Below are positions 39,484 through 48,936 of a DNA stretch of 64,000 nt, in pieces. Source of the DNA: an uncultured Candidatus Saccharibacteria bacterium (GTDB lineage Bacteria; Patescibacteriota; Minisyncoccia; Phycocordibacterales; UBA918). The notes beneath the pieces are model-generated. The model worked only from the letters and a program-made list of their open reading frames with translations. It had not been told where the DNA came from and ran no database searches. The stretch is from contig CAYGLK010000001.1 in the NCBI GenBank assembly GCA_964350985.1, positions 228,528 to 292,527 on the forward strand, in the 5' to 3' direction. The position numbers and the translations under genes were made by a program. How positions within the stretch are numbered: the first letter of the stretch is position 1; every line of letters begins with the position of its first letter.

Positions 39484-39676
39484 TTTGTAACTGAAACAAA
39501 AATAAAAAAACCACGCAACGAGGTTGCGGGCTGTTTCTCTCGAATCCTTTGATTGAGAGACTGCTTTTGAATTGTAAATCAAGTTTAGGTGTTCGGCGGG
39601 AACGGACTTTCGATCCGTCCCGCCGAACATTTGGCTGGCTTAGCTACTCACATGTAGCTTTGCCGACCAGCAGTGG

Positions 39677-40276
39677 TCAGACCAGGTCTGCGTTGGCGCG
39701 AAGCATTGCTTCGGGCGTGTACTTTCCGCCGGTGATCTCGAAGAGATCTCCGCCAGGCTGAAGCCGCGGCATGAGATGCTCGTAGGTCTTGCCGATGATG
39801 TGCGATTCGGTGACCAGATCGTTGGCAGTGATCACGATCCCGTGCATGCCCAGGTACTGCTCGGGCGAGACCAAGAGTCCAGCGTCGGTGAGTGCGTTCT
39901 GCACGCCGAACTTGATGGTCTGCTCGATGCGGTCCTGCGTCGTGGCTGCCACTTCGAGTGCGGCCATCTTCAGCGGATTGTAGGTATCCGCGTCGCGGAA
40001 AACCATGATCTTGACCGGTGGATTGACCATCCGGACCAACTTGTTCATGCCGCCGGAAATGTCGCTCACGATGACCGGACTGATGTTTCCGAAACGCTCG
40101 CTGATCGGGGCTTCAACCGCACCGATGCGTATGCCGTCGTGGTTCTTGAGACCGATCTGCTGGTCGATGTCACAATCGGTGATATTGGTAACCATGAGAT
40201 CGCCGGCGAACGAGGTGGCAGAAACGCCCGAAATCAGAGCGGCCACAATGAATGTGGCCAGGGTATTCTTTTGCAT
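39677..40276 (-). CDS. secreted protein, unknown (GC-rich island, about 58% GC)
   Basis: signal peptide MQKNTLATFIVAALISGVSATSFA; antisense 39776-40282 ORF judged an artefact of the high GC. Confidence 0.45.
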   Translation of the reverse strand: MQKNTLATFIVAALISGVSATSFAGDLMVTNITDCDIDQQIGLKNHDGIRIGAVEAPISERFGNISPVIVSDISGGMNKLVRMVNPPVKIMVFRDADTYNPLKMAALEVAATTQDRIEQTIKFGVQNALTDAGLLVSPEQYLGMHGIVITANDLVTESHIIGKTYEHLMPRLQPGGDLFEITGGKYTPEAMLRANADLV

Positions 40277-40539
40277 GGTTGATTCCTTGAATGATAGTCG
40301 AATGCCCCTGCGACGAAATGAAAGCCTCGTAGCAAGTAGCAGGATAAGTACCTAAAAAGATACACATTCTGCTACTCGCTACTATCTAAACTTGATTTGT
40401 GAAAGAGCTAAACAAAATTGGCTCGCTTGAGCCGACGAGAAATATAGCACGTATTAAATCTATGTCAAGCGGTTTTTACTGTGTTTAAAAAACACCCGGC
40501 CTCTTTCGAGTACCGGGTTAACTTTGGGGTTTTGTACCA

Positions 40540-41214
40540 TCACCGTCTTGCTCGATTTCGTTCTGCTCGTGCCAAGCGTGCGGCACTCGGCTGCCCTCCT
40601 TTTTTCTTTACCCTCTTGTTGTAGGCTTTCCGTTCGTTGCGGAATTTTCGTACAAACGGCATTGCCTCTTCTGGCATACAGTCATCCCACCCGAGGTTTA
40701 CTCGTTTGGCGTGCCTGAAGCAGCGCCAGAAACGCGATCCAATGCCACCACCCCGTACTATTTGCATAAACCTTCCACATTCGGGACATTGTGGACGGTT
40801 TTGTATTCTCACCTGGGCAATGGCTGCGCAGAGGCGTAAGCGGTACAAGAAGTTCTCAGTGCGATTCATTGGGTGGGAAAAATACAGAACTTCATTCCCT
40901 CGCTTGATGAGGACCCAGCCATTGTCACTGTCTCGAGCTTGCTCCATCGATTCGATGTAGCTTGTCCAGACAATTACTGTTAGACCCTTGGTCCTGAATA
41001 TGAAACCGACTTCCCGCTGGTCATGAGTCTCGGGAGGAATATCTGATTCTTTCACACCCTCCTCTCTTGCAACAATGTCCGGCCTCCTTTTCTTGCGGGC
41101 AATCCTCTTAAACCCTCTTTTCAACATTTTCCTTTCAAACTCTTGGAACCTTTCCTTGCCGAATAGGACTAGCGCTGGCATTTGCCTTCTCCACAAAGAG
41201 CACGAACAATACAA
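40540..41214 (-). CDS. Arg/Lys-rich protein with CPECG...C zinc-ribbon, possibly DNA-binding (transposase/phage-like remnant?)
   Basis: CPECGRFMQ...RFWRC; C-terminal KRVKKKGG..RARR tail; GC-rich. Confidence 0.35.
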   Translation of the reverse strand: MYCSCSLWRRQMPALVLFGKERFQEFERKMLKRGFKRIARKKRRPDIVAREEGVKESDIPPETHDQREVGFIFRTKGLTVIVWTSYIESMEQARDSDNGWVLIKRGNEVLYFSHPMNRTENFLYRLRLCAAIAQVRIQNRPQCPECGRFMQIVRGGGIGSRFWRCFRHAKRVNLGWDDCMPEEAMPFVRKFRNERKAYNKRVKKKGGQPSAARLARAERNRARR

Positions 41215-41268
41215 TAATCCTGATTTTCTCTATTGTAAAGATTATTATTGCTTGATAGATAGCTAAAC

Positions 41269-41967
41269 TTATTGATTTAGCTTTTCCAGTACTTCAGTTA
41301 ATGTTGGCACTAAATACAGTTCTACTACCCTGCTGTATCCTAACTTGTTCAAATGGATGCCGTCTGAGAGCTTATTTTCGGCTTTTAAGAAGATTTCTGT
41401 GGTTAGGAAAGGAATCAATAGGGTATTGTTTTTTTGGGCCAAATCAGGGTAAATAGCGTCAAATTCTCTCTTGTAGCTAAGACCTGCATTTAAAGGAGAT
41501 TGCATCTGGAGCAAAGCTACAACCGGAGGATTTGTTCCACTTTGTAATATTTCAATAGTCTCAGAGATATTTTTCTTGGTGTCTTCAAGTGGAAGGCGTC
41601 TAAGGGCGTCATTGCCGCCGATACCAACTAGTATTATGTCTGGGTTTTGACTGCGAATAAACTGAGCGCGCTCTAAGTTACCTCTTGTAGTTTCACCACT
41701 GACACCAGAGTTAATTACTTCCACATCTTGTCCTTGGACTCGAAGCGCTACTTCTAACTGAGCAGGGTAAGACTCACTGGCCGGTAGTCCAAAGCCGGCT
41801 GTTAGACTATCTCCAAAAGCAATAATCTTGATAGCTGCTTCAGCAGCGTTTTCTCTCGGCTTGATATCGGATACAACATTAGAGTTTTGGTTGTTAGGCC
41901 ACAAGAAATAACTCATCAAGATAATGAGTATTAAAGCCGGTAGTCCAAATTTAACGAGAGGAGTCAT
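41269..41967 (-). CDS. SGNH/GDSL hydrolase, TesA-like lysophospholipase/arylesterase
   Basis: IIAFGDSLTAG, GGNDALR, DGIHLN blocks; start chosen at an internal Met (track 42021) to limit overlap with the upstream permease. Confidence 0.7.
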   Translation of the reverse strand: MTPLVKFGLPALILIILMSYFLWPNNQNSNVVSDIKPRENAAEAAIKIIAFGDSLTAGFGLPASESYPAQLEVALRVQGQDVEVINSGVSGETTRGNLERAQFIRSQNPDIILVGIGGNDALRRLPLEDTKKNISETIEILQSGTNPPVVALLQMQSPLNAGLSYKREFDAIYPDLAQKNNTLLIPFLTTEIFLKAENKLSDGIHLNKLGYSRVVELYLVPTLTEVLEKLNQ

Positions 41968-44443
41968 AAGATAATAGTTGGCGAAGTTGCATTGTATCAG
42001 TTTTAAATAAATAAAATCCAATTAGAGCTACAAGTAAGACAATTAAAGCTAAGCCACTAATAAGTTGAAGATCAAAAAAGACAGTGCTGTCTAATTCCAG
42101 ATAATATTTAGTAATGATAAACGTGATAGCTAAGCTGAGAACATATGACACTATTGCTGCCACTAAGGTTAAAGATATTGTTTCGCTTAAGTAGTGTTTT
42201 AAGACCATTAATCTAGTAGCACCAACAGCGCGCATCTTGGCTCCGTCTCTTTTTCGAAGTGAGTATGAAGAAATAACTAAAGTAGTTACTAGCAGAGTTG
42301 CTATCAGAAGTGGTGGTAGGGTCACAATAAAGATGAGTATCAGAAGAGTTTGAATTAGTCCGATCAAAGCTTCACCAATATCACCGGTTTCGATCAAGGT
42401 GACATTCGGCATTGTTTCAGCCAAGAAGTTTCCTAACTCTCTTTGGGTAGCTTCCGGATAGTCTGCGTAACCAAAATAAACACCAGGGAAGAGCTCAAGA
42501 TCAGTTGGAGATAGAATAAAGTAGAAAAATGGTAGACCAGAACGTGATTCTGTTTGCCTAAGGCTGGTTACTTCCCCACTAACTTCAAAACCTTGTATTA
42601 AGAAAGTAATACTAGAACCAAGTTCAACTCCTGCCCTACCAGCTAGTTCTTCATCAACTGAAATTTCACCAGTTCTGCCTTCGTGCCAAGTTCCATTTGT
42701 TATTTGTTCACCATCTTGTAGTTCTGCACTAGAAGTGATGTTAAATTCCCGTCTGAGTTCGCGATCAATTTCAGTATTTCCACTCTCTATTTCTTCTTGG
42801 ATAAGTACACCATCTATTTCAATGATCCGAGCACCAATATTTGAATATAATTCTATTTCATTAAACTCCTCTAGGAGTTGATCTTTCTGTGATGGTTGAA
42901 CATCAAGTACGTATGTTGTCGGAATTGAACCTGAGAGATCGTCGGTTAAGTAACGTTCAAGGGAGATCTGTAGTAGTGCTAAGGTACTAAGTGCTGTTAG
43001 GGCAATAAATAGTGAAGTGAAAGAAACGATACCAAAAAGACCATCAGCTTTCTTTTGACTGATAATACTTTTGATAAAGAATGAAAAACGATTACGACTT
43101 TGATAAAGTCGATATAAAAGATAGCTAAAGGCTAAAGCAATCAAAATATAGACAGCTGCAATAATTGCGATAGTAATAATTCCCTGGGTAATACTCTGTA
43201 GTAGAAAACTAGCCAAGAACATTAGGGGTAGCAGTGAAGAAACTGAGGTCAGAAGTAAAGATTTGGTGTCGGCCTTTTGGTTTGTGTCGACTTCCCCATC
43301 AACCAGTATTTGCTTAGGGTTTAGTGACAAACTTTTTTGAATAGCAGGGATAAATGATGAGATAGAGACAGCGATAATTAGACTAAGACTAATAGCTAAG
43401 TAAATAAAGATATCCGGAGTCGGTAAAGTAATCTGGTAAAGGTTTAAAACCGTGTCACTGATGACGTAAAAAATACCAATACCAAGAATACTTCCAAAAA
43501 TCCCAGCCACTAGCACTGCGTATGCTAGTGTAGTCGCCAAAACAGCCACCAGAACCTTTTTTCTCATACCAAGCGACAACATCACTGCTAAGCTCTTTCT
43601 TTCAGTTGTGATCAAGTACAGAGTGCTTGAGTAGACGTTAACAGCAGCTAGTACCGCCGTAATTAAGACAGCAATAATAAGAAAGTCAGAAACTAGCTTG
43701 AGGCCAAACTGTAAGCCGGTAGATCCTTCTGCAGCTACCCTAACTCGGAGCTCGCGACCATACTCTTCTTCAACTTTATTGATAGTCTCGATATCACTGT
43801 TACTAAGAGAATCAAATCTGGCAGCATACTGATATTCGAGTCTCAAAAAAGCCGGGTCAATTTTTGTATTTGTAAAACCGGTCTGATTAAGAATGGCTTT
43901 TGGTAAAAAGTTAAAGCCACCCAAAAGAGAGGTTGGATCATTTTTTATAATCCCAGCTAAAGTAAACTCACTCTCGCCAAAGACAATTTTGTCTCCGATG
44001 TTTATGTTTAATCTCTCAGCACCGTTTTTGTCTAAAAGGATCTCATTGTCATCGAGTGATTCGTATACTCGATCTTCTAAAACTAACTCACCGTAAAGTG
44101 GGTAGTTTTGATCAACAACCTGAATCGAAAATGAAGCTGTCTCTTCTGTTGATTGAAGAGTTCCGTTTAGAAAAATCTGTTCAGATTCTGTCTGCGGTAT
44201 TAAACTTGTCTCTTCCCAAAAACTCTGAATATCAAAAGGAACACTGCTTTCAACAACAACATCACCACCAAGAATAAACTTAGATTGCTCGCTAAGTAGT
44301 AATGAACTTGAGCTAGTCAGAAGTAGAATCAGTACTAAAACAACCGCTGTTACAGCTAGTGAAGCAAACGGCAAGACAAAGTGTCGCCATTCTCGTTTTA
44401 TCAGTCTTAAGCTGTAGGTAAAGACAAGATTAATTACGTTCAT
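41951..44443 (-). CDS. ABC transporter permease with two FtsX domains (YbbP/MacB-like)
   Basis: 830 aa, two 4-TM FtsX modules separated by large periplasmic domains. Confidence 0.7.
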   Translation of the reverse strand: MNVINLVFTYSLRLIKREWRHFVLPFASLAVTAVVLVLILLLTSSSSLLLSEQSKFILGGDVVVESSVPFDIQSFWEETSLIPQTESEQIFLNGTLQSTEETASFSIQVVDQNYPLYGELVLEDRVYESLDDNEILLDKNGAERLNINIGDKIVFGESEFTLAGIIKNDPTSLLGGFNFLPKAILNQTGFTNTKIDPAFLRLEYQYAARFDSLSNSDIETINKVEEEYGRELRVRVAAEGSTGLQFGLKLVSDFLIIAVLITAVLAAVNVYSSTLYLITTERKSLAVMLSLGMRKKVLVAVLATTLAYAVLVAGIFGSILGIGIFYVISDTVLNLYQITLPTPDIFIYLAISLSLIIAVSISSFIPAIQKSLSLNPKQILVDGEVDTNQKADTKSLLLTSVSSLLPLMFLASFLLQSITQGIITIAIIAAVYILIALAFSYLLYRLYQSRNRFSFFIKSIISQKKADGLFGIVSFTSLFIALTALSTLALLQISLERYLTDDLSGSIPTTYVLDVQPSQKDQLLEEFNEIELYSNIGARIIEIDGVLIQEEIESGNTEIDRELRREFNITSSAELQDGEQITNGTWHEGRTGEISVDEELAGRAGVELGSSITFLIQGFEVSGEVTSLRQTESRSGLPFFYFILSPTDLELFPGVYFGYADYPEATQRELGNFLAETMPNVTLIETGDIGEALIGLIQTLLILIFIVTLPPLLIATLLVTTLVISSYSLRKRDGAKMRAVGATRLMVLKHYLSETISLTLVAAIVSYVLSLAITFIITKYYLELDSTVFFDLQLISGLALIVLLVALIGFYLFKTDTMQLRQLLSYDSSR

Positions 44444-45170
44444 GTAGGGTTAGATTTTTTATTTCAAAGACTCGATCCATGCGAGCTGCAATACTTTCGT
44501 CATGGGTGATGATAACCAAAGTCTTCCCTTTTTGACTCACTGTATCTAGAAGTAGGTTTAGAACCTTCTCTCCAGTTGCCCGATCGAGACTACCGGTTGG
44601 TTCGTCAGCTAGGATTAGGTCTGGTTGGTTAGCTAAAGCTCTTGCAATAGCAACTCGTTGTTTTTCCCCGCCTGATAAAGTAGAAGGTAGTGCATTCTTT
44701 CTTTCTGTGAGTCCAACACTCTCAACTAAGTTTTCAACTAAACTTGGGTCAAATTTTTTGGCCGCAATTTCTAGCGGGACAGCGATATTTTCGGTAACTG
44801 TAAAAGGAGTGATTAATTCAAAAGCTTGGAAAATAAAACCAATCTTTTGATTACGTAGTTTAGCAAGTTCATTTTCATTCAGTGAGTTAGTCAAAGTTCC
44901 GTTTAATACTATCTCCCCGCCAGTTACGTCGTCCAATAAACCAATTAGAGAAAGCAGTGTCGATTTACCAGACCCTGAAGGACCTACTATGGCGACCTTC
45001 TCACCTTGAAAAACCTCGAAGTTAATATCTTTTAGTATTTCTAACTTCCCTTTCTGAGTGTTAAAAGATTTTGAAACTGACTTTAGTTTTATAATTGAGG
45101 TTGGATTATTGTTCATAAGTGCATTATAACATTTATTAATAAAACTCCTGAATCTTGCATCGGGTAACAA
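44430..45170 (-). CDS. ABC transporter ATP-binding protein (LolD/YbbA-like)
   Basis: Walker A GPSGSGKST, signature LSGGEKQRVAIARAL. Confidence 0.85.
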   Translation of the reverse strand: MLPDARFRSFINKCYNALMNNNPTSIIKLKSVSKSFNTQKGKLEILKDINFEVFQGEKVAIVGPSGSGKSTLLSLIGLLDDVTGGEIVLNGTLTNSLNENELAKLRNQKIGFIFQAFELITPFTVTENIAVPLEIAAKKFDPSLVENLVESVGLTERKNALPSTLSGGEKQRVAIARALANQPDLILADEPTGSLDRATGEKVLNLLLDTVSQKGKTLVIITHDESIAARMDRVFEIKNLTLHERN

Positions 45171-45175
45171 AAAAC

Positions 45176-45203
45176 TCCGTGCGAAGCACGGAGTTTTTTT
45201 GGA
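45176..45203. terminator. bidirectional terminator
   Basis: aaaactccgtgcgaagcacggagttttttt. Confidence 0.7.
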
Positions 45204-45614
45204 TTAACGCTTTGACCAAGCTGGTCGCTTTCGAGACTTTCTGAGACCGAACTTCTTTCGTTCAACTGAACGTGGATCTCGCTTAAGGAAACCTTCTCGC
45301 TTAAGTGGAACACGACGATCAGCCTTTTCTTTTACTAGAGCTCGAGCGATTCCAAGACGAATAGCTTCAGCTTGTGAAGAAATACCTCCACCAACTACCT
45401 TTGCAGTAATTGAGTAGGACTCAATACCAGCGTCTTTTGTATCCAAGACAGAGTTAATAACTCCTTGAAGTGAAGCGTGTTGGAAGTACTCTGTATGAGC
45501 TTTGTTATTTACAGTAATTGAAGTTGCTTTCGCAGGTGTGATACGCACTCGAGCAGTAGCTGTCTTTCGACGTCCAATTCCTTCAATGTATACTTCTGAT
45601 TTTGTAGTTGCCAT
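45204..45614 (-). CDS. rpsI: 30S ribosomal protein S9
   Basis: GGGISSQAEAIRLGIARAL ... KSRKRPAWSKR. Confidence 0.9.
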   Translation of the reverse strand: MATTKSEVYIEGIGRRKTATARVRITPAKATSITVNNKAHTEYFQHASLQGVINSVLDTKDAGIESYSITAKVVGGGISSQAEAIRLGIARALVKEKADRRVPLKREGFLKRDPRSVERKKFGLRKSRKRPAWSKR

Positions 45615-45619
45615 AATAA

Positions 45620-45982
45620 TTATTCTGAAATGATTAGACGCTTCAAGAGTTGTTTCTTGAGCTTGTTGTTTGGTAGCATTCCGCCAATAGTACGACGAAC
45701 TACTTCAGCGTAACCACGACGATCAGCTAGGTGACCTAGAGTTTCTGTCTTTCGTCCACCTGGGTAACCTGAGTAAGATTGATAGATCTCAATTTTCTTC
45801 TTTTCTGGGATATCTAGCTTACTCACGTTAGTGATAGTCACAGTTACATCAGCGATTAGATTTCGAGCGAAATCTGCACTGTCTTTACCATTTAGTACCA
45901 TTGCAGCTTCAGTCGCCAAAATACCCAAACGCTTTCCTTTTGCGTCGATTGTGTGGTTTCGAGTTGTTGTTTCAGTAGTCAT
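45620..45982 (-). CDS. rplM: 50S ribosomal protein L13
   Basis: L13 family sequence. Confidence 0.85.
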   Translation of the reverse strand: MTTETTTRNHTIDAKGKRLGILATEAAMVLNGKDSADFARNLIADVTVTITNVSKLDIPEKKKIEIYQSYSGYPGGRKTETLGHLADRRGYAEVVRRTIGGMLPNNKLKKQLLKRLIISE

Positions 45983-45987
45983 AATAT

Positions 45988-46344
45988 TTATTCAACAAAT
46001 TCAATTACCGCTTCATCACGTCCAGAAGGCATACGTCCCATCTTGATGATGCGAGTGTAACCACCGTTTCTTTCAGAAAACTTTGGTGCAATGTCAGTAA
46101 ATAGTTTTTTAATAATAGCGTCAGTTGGTTCACCGAGTCTACTTGCAACAATTCTCCGTGCAGCAACATCGTTTTTCTTAGCTGTAGTAACAAGCTTTTC
46201 AATACGAGGTTGCAACTCCTTAGCTTTAGCTAAAGTAGTAGTGATTTTGTTGTCTCGGATTAGAGATACAGAAAGACCACGTAACAAAGCTGTTCTTTGG
46301 TCTTTGTCTCTTCCTAGGGTTCTGTTTTTATTTGAATGTCTCAT
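45988..46344 (-). CDS. rplQ: 50S ribosomal protein L17
   Basis: MRHSNKNRTLGRDKDQRTALLRGL. Confidence 0.9.
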   Translation of the reverse strand: MRHSNKNRTLGRDKDQRTALLRGLSVSLIRDNKITTTLAKAKELQPRIEKLVTTAKKNDVAARRIVASRLGEPTDAIIKKLFTDIAPKFSERNGGYTRIIKMGRMPSGRDEAVIEFVE

Positions 46345-46346
46345 AC

Positions 46347-47312
46347 TTATTCTGTGAGTGATAGACTCATTTGGTCTAGCATTGCTTCTATTTCTTCTAG
46401 ACCTTTTGGTCCAATCCCGTCAAGCGCTAGAATATCATCTTTTTTCTTTCGCACAAGGCCTCCGAGAGTTCGGATGCTAGCTTCTTCTAGAGACTGCAAA
46501 GTTCGAGATGAAAGATTTAGAGTTTCGATTCGAGTTTTTAGGATGTCTGGATTTGGTTCTGAAGCAGTATCTTCTGCTTTTTCAGGTACGGCTTCTGGTG
46601 CTGATTGTGAAGGGTATTCTTCTTGGAAGCCAATAACTGACTTCAGCTGATGAATCATGATCTCAATAGACTTTTCTAGAGCAACTTTTGGTGTAAAAGT
46701 ACCATCTGTTTCAATAGTAACTCGCAATCGGTTGTAATCTGTTCGATCACCTACACGCATGTTCTCTACTTCGTAGTTTGCTCGTCTGATTGGTGTAAAG
46801 ACTGCATCTAAAGCAATAGTGCCGATTTCAACCTTTTCCTTTTGGTGAATTTCTCGAGGAACATAACCAAGACCTTTTTCAACTAGAAGCTCCATTTCGA
46901 AGTTAGTTGATTTTGCTGTTACTTCAGCGATGTGTTGTTCTGGGTTTAGTACTTCAACTTGTGATGGTGTAACCAAGTCAGCTGCAGTAATGTTACCAGC
47001 GCCACTTTTTTTGATAGTAATCTTCATTGGTTCATCACCATGAAGAGTAAGTCGTACACGACGTAGATTTAGAAGAATAGTGATCACATCTTCTTTAACT
47101 CCAGCTAGAGTTGAGAATTCGTGTTCAGCTCCTTCGATCTTTACTTGTGTAATAGCAGCTCCAGGTAGTGAAGAAAGAATAATTCTTCGTAGTGAGTTAC
47201 CTAGAGTGTGGCCGTAGCCAGGATATAGGTTGTCAATTTCAAATACTCCTCGTAGTCCATCCTCAGATACAACTCGTGGCTTTGAAGGTAGAGTGACGTT
47301 TGTTTCTAACAT
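46347..47312 (-). CDS. rpoA: DNA-directed RNA polymerase subunit alpha
   Basis: NTD motif LYPGYGHTLGNSLRRILLSS; C-terminal HhH CTD. Confidence 0.9.
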   Translation of the reverse strand: MLETNVTLPSKPRVVSEDGLRGVFEIDNLYPGYGHTLGNSLRRIILSSLPGAAITQVKIEGAEHEFSTLAGVKEDVITILLNLRRVRLTLHGDEPMKITIKKSGAGNITAADLVTPSQVEVLNPEQHIAEVTAKSTNFEMELLVEKGLGYVPREIHQKEKVEIGTIALDAVFTPIRRANYEVENMRVGDRTDYNRLRVTIETDGTFTPKVALEKSIEIMIHQLKSVIGFQEEYPSQSAPEAVPEKAEDTASEPNPDILKTRIETLNLSSRTLQSLEEASIRTLGGLVRKKKDDILALDGIGPKGLEEIEAMLDQMSLSLTE

Positions 47313-47346
47313 AGTTTTTACAATTACACTTATTAACTTCCTACCC

Positions 47347-47952
47347 TTATCGACTGTAGTATTCCATCACTTGTTCAGGGTCAAACAAAGTTTCTGCAGG
47401 ATTGTATACAGGGACACCGGTTACAGTAGCTGATAATTTTTTGATATCGAGCGCAAGCCAAGTTGGAACTCCTGCTGCTTCATGTGTATCAGCAAGCTGA
47501 ACAAAGATTCCTGTTTGTTTACTTCCTTCTCGAACTGTGATCACATCACCTACTTTAACTTTGTGAGACGGGATACTTAGTCGCTTTCCATTTACAAAGA
47601 TGTGACCATGAGAAACAACTTGTCGAGCAAAACGTCGAGTTTTAGCTAATCCTAGTCGGTAAATAGTGTTATCTAGTCTTGATTCTAGACGTTCCATTAG
47701 TAGAGAGATTGGTTGGTGACTCTTAGCTAGTGATTCATCAACATATCGTCGCAGTTGCTTTTCGGTAATACCATATGTAAAACGCATCTTCTGCTTTTCG
47801 ATAAGCTGTCGTTTGTAGTCACTTGATTGACCTGGTCGCTTTGGTCGTCGTCCACCACGAGCTTGTGATAGAGCAAACTTTTGCGTTTGTGTTTTTTCGA
47901 AGATTGGAGCACCTAGGCGCTTAGCAATCTTAAATTTAGGACCTATTTTCAT
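47347..47952 (-). CDS. rpsD: 30S ribosomal protein S4
   Basis: S4 N-terminus and S4 RNA-binding domain. Confidence 0.9.
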   Translation of the reverse strand: MKIGPKFKIAKRLGAPIFEKTQTQKFALSQARGGRRPKRPGQSSDYKRQLIEKQKMRFTYGITEKQLRRYVDESLAKSHQPISLLMERLESRLDNTIYRLGLAKTRRFARQVVSHGHIFVNGKRLSIPSHKVKVGDVITVREGSKQTGIFVQLADTHEAAGVPTWLALDIKKLSATVTGVPVYNPAETLFDPEQVMEYYSR

Positions 47953-47966
47953 ATAATATAATAAGA

Positions 47967-48398
47967 TTAAACACGCCGAGGCTTAGGTGGTCGTGGGCCA
48001 TTAAATGGAACTGGTGTTTTATCACTAACTCGAGTGATTCCGATTCCCTTTCCTGTGAAAGCACGCAGTGCAGATTCGCGACCAGCGCCAACTCCACGTA
48101 CTACCACTTCAGCATCCTTCATGCCCATTTGCTGAGCTTTATCGCCGATGATCTCACCTACCTTAGCTGCTGCAAAAGGAGTACTTTTTCGTGAACCTTT
48201 AAAACCAAGAGCTCCACTAGAAGCACTAATAATAGCGTTACCTTTGTTATCACAAAGAGTTAACAAAGTGTTGTTGAAAGTAGCTAGGATGTTTAGTCTT
48301 CCTGAAGCATACTTCTTTTTTGGAATACGATTAAGCGCTCTGGATGTACCAGCAACGTCAGAACCTCCTCCTTTTTTTATGATACGTTTCTTACCCAT
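47967..48398 (-). CDS. rpsK: 30S ribosomal protein S11
   Basis: S11 signature GFKGSRKSTPFAA. Confidence 0.9.
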   Translation of the reverse strand: MGKKRIIKKGGGSDVAGTSRALNRIPKKKYASGRLNILATFNNTLLTLCDNKGNAIISASSGALGFKGSRKSTPFAAAKVGEIIGDKAQQMGMKDAEVVVRGVGAGRESALRAFTGKGIGITRVSDKTPVPFNGPRPPKPRRV

Positions 48399-48429
48399 AT
48401 GTCATTACGTAATTAAATAATAATAAGTT

Positions 48430-48807
48430 TTAAGTCTTTTCTAACTTACGACGTCCACTTCCCATAGTCTTCTTAGCTCCCTTTAGAGTACGAGAGTTAG
48501 TTTTTGTTCGTTGACCACGAGCTGGTAGTCTTTTTGCATGTCGTGAACCGCGGTAAGACTTAATATCCTTTAATCGCTTGACGTTTGAGGCAATTTCTCG
48601 TTTGAGATCTCCTTCAATTGTAAATGATTCAACTTTTTCTCGAATTGAGTTTTCTTGATCAGTAGTAAGAGTGGTTGGCTTAACTGTAGGATCAATTTTT
48701 AGTTCTGCCAAGATTTCTTTAGATCGTGACAGACCTACACCGAAAACAGCAGTAAGGCCGTAAGCGATTTGTTTTTCATCTGGAATTGTTATACCTGAAA
48801 TTCTCAT
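48430..48807 (-). CDS. rpsM: 30S ribosomal protein S13
   Basis: MRISGITIP...YGLTAVFGVG. Confidence 0.9.
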   Translation of the reverse strand: MRISGITIPDEKQIAYGLTAVFGVGLSRSKEILAELKIDPTVKPTTLTTDQENSIREKVESFTIEGDLKREIASNVKRLKDIKSYRGSRHAKRLPARGQRTKTNSRTLKGAKKTMGSGRRKLEKT

Positions 48808-48810
48808 ATT

Positions 48811-48927
48811 TTATCCTTGACGTTGTTTATGGCGGGGCTTCTTCTTGTTGATGACAAATACTGTTCCTCTTCTTTTTACAATAATGTCATCAGGGCTCAT
48901 TTTTTTGACTGATGATCTAACTTTCAT
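48811..48927 (-). CDS. rpmJ: 50S ribosomal protein L36, Cys-less (non-zinc) variant
   Basis: manually translated 38-aa [41 protein letters not shown], absent from the ORF track (below the 60-aa cutoff), exactly between infA and rpsM. Confidence 0.75.
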   Translation of the reverse strand: MKVRSSVKKMSPDDIIVKRRGTVFVINKKKPRHKQRQG

Positions 48928-48936
48928 ACTATGTAC

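Noticed and set aside
39776-40282. 168-aa plus-strand ORF (and 39789-39983, 40005-40355)
   Set aside because: They are antisense to a signal-peptide-bearing ORF in a 58%-GC region. The composition (Asp/Arg/His/Gly-rich, no start context) is typical of high-GC antisense artefacts.
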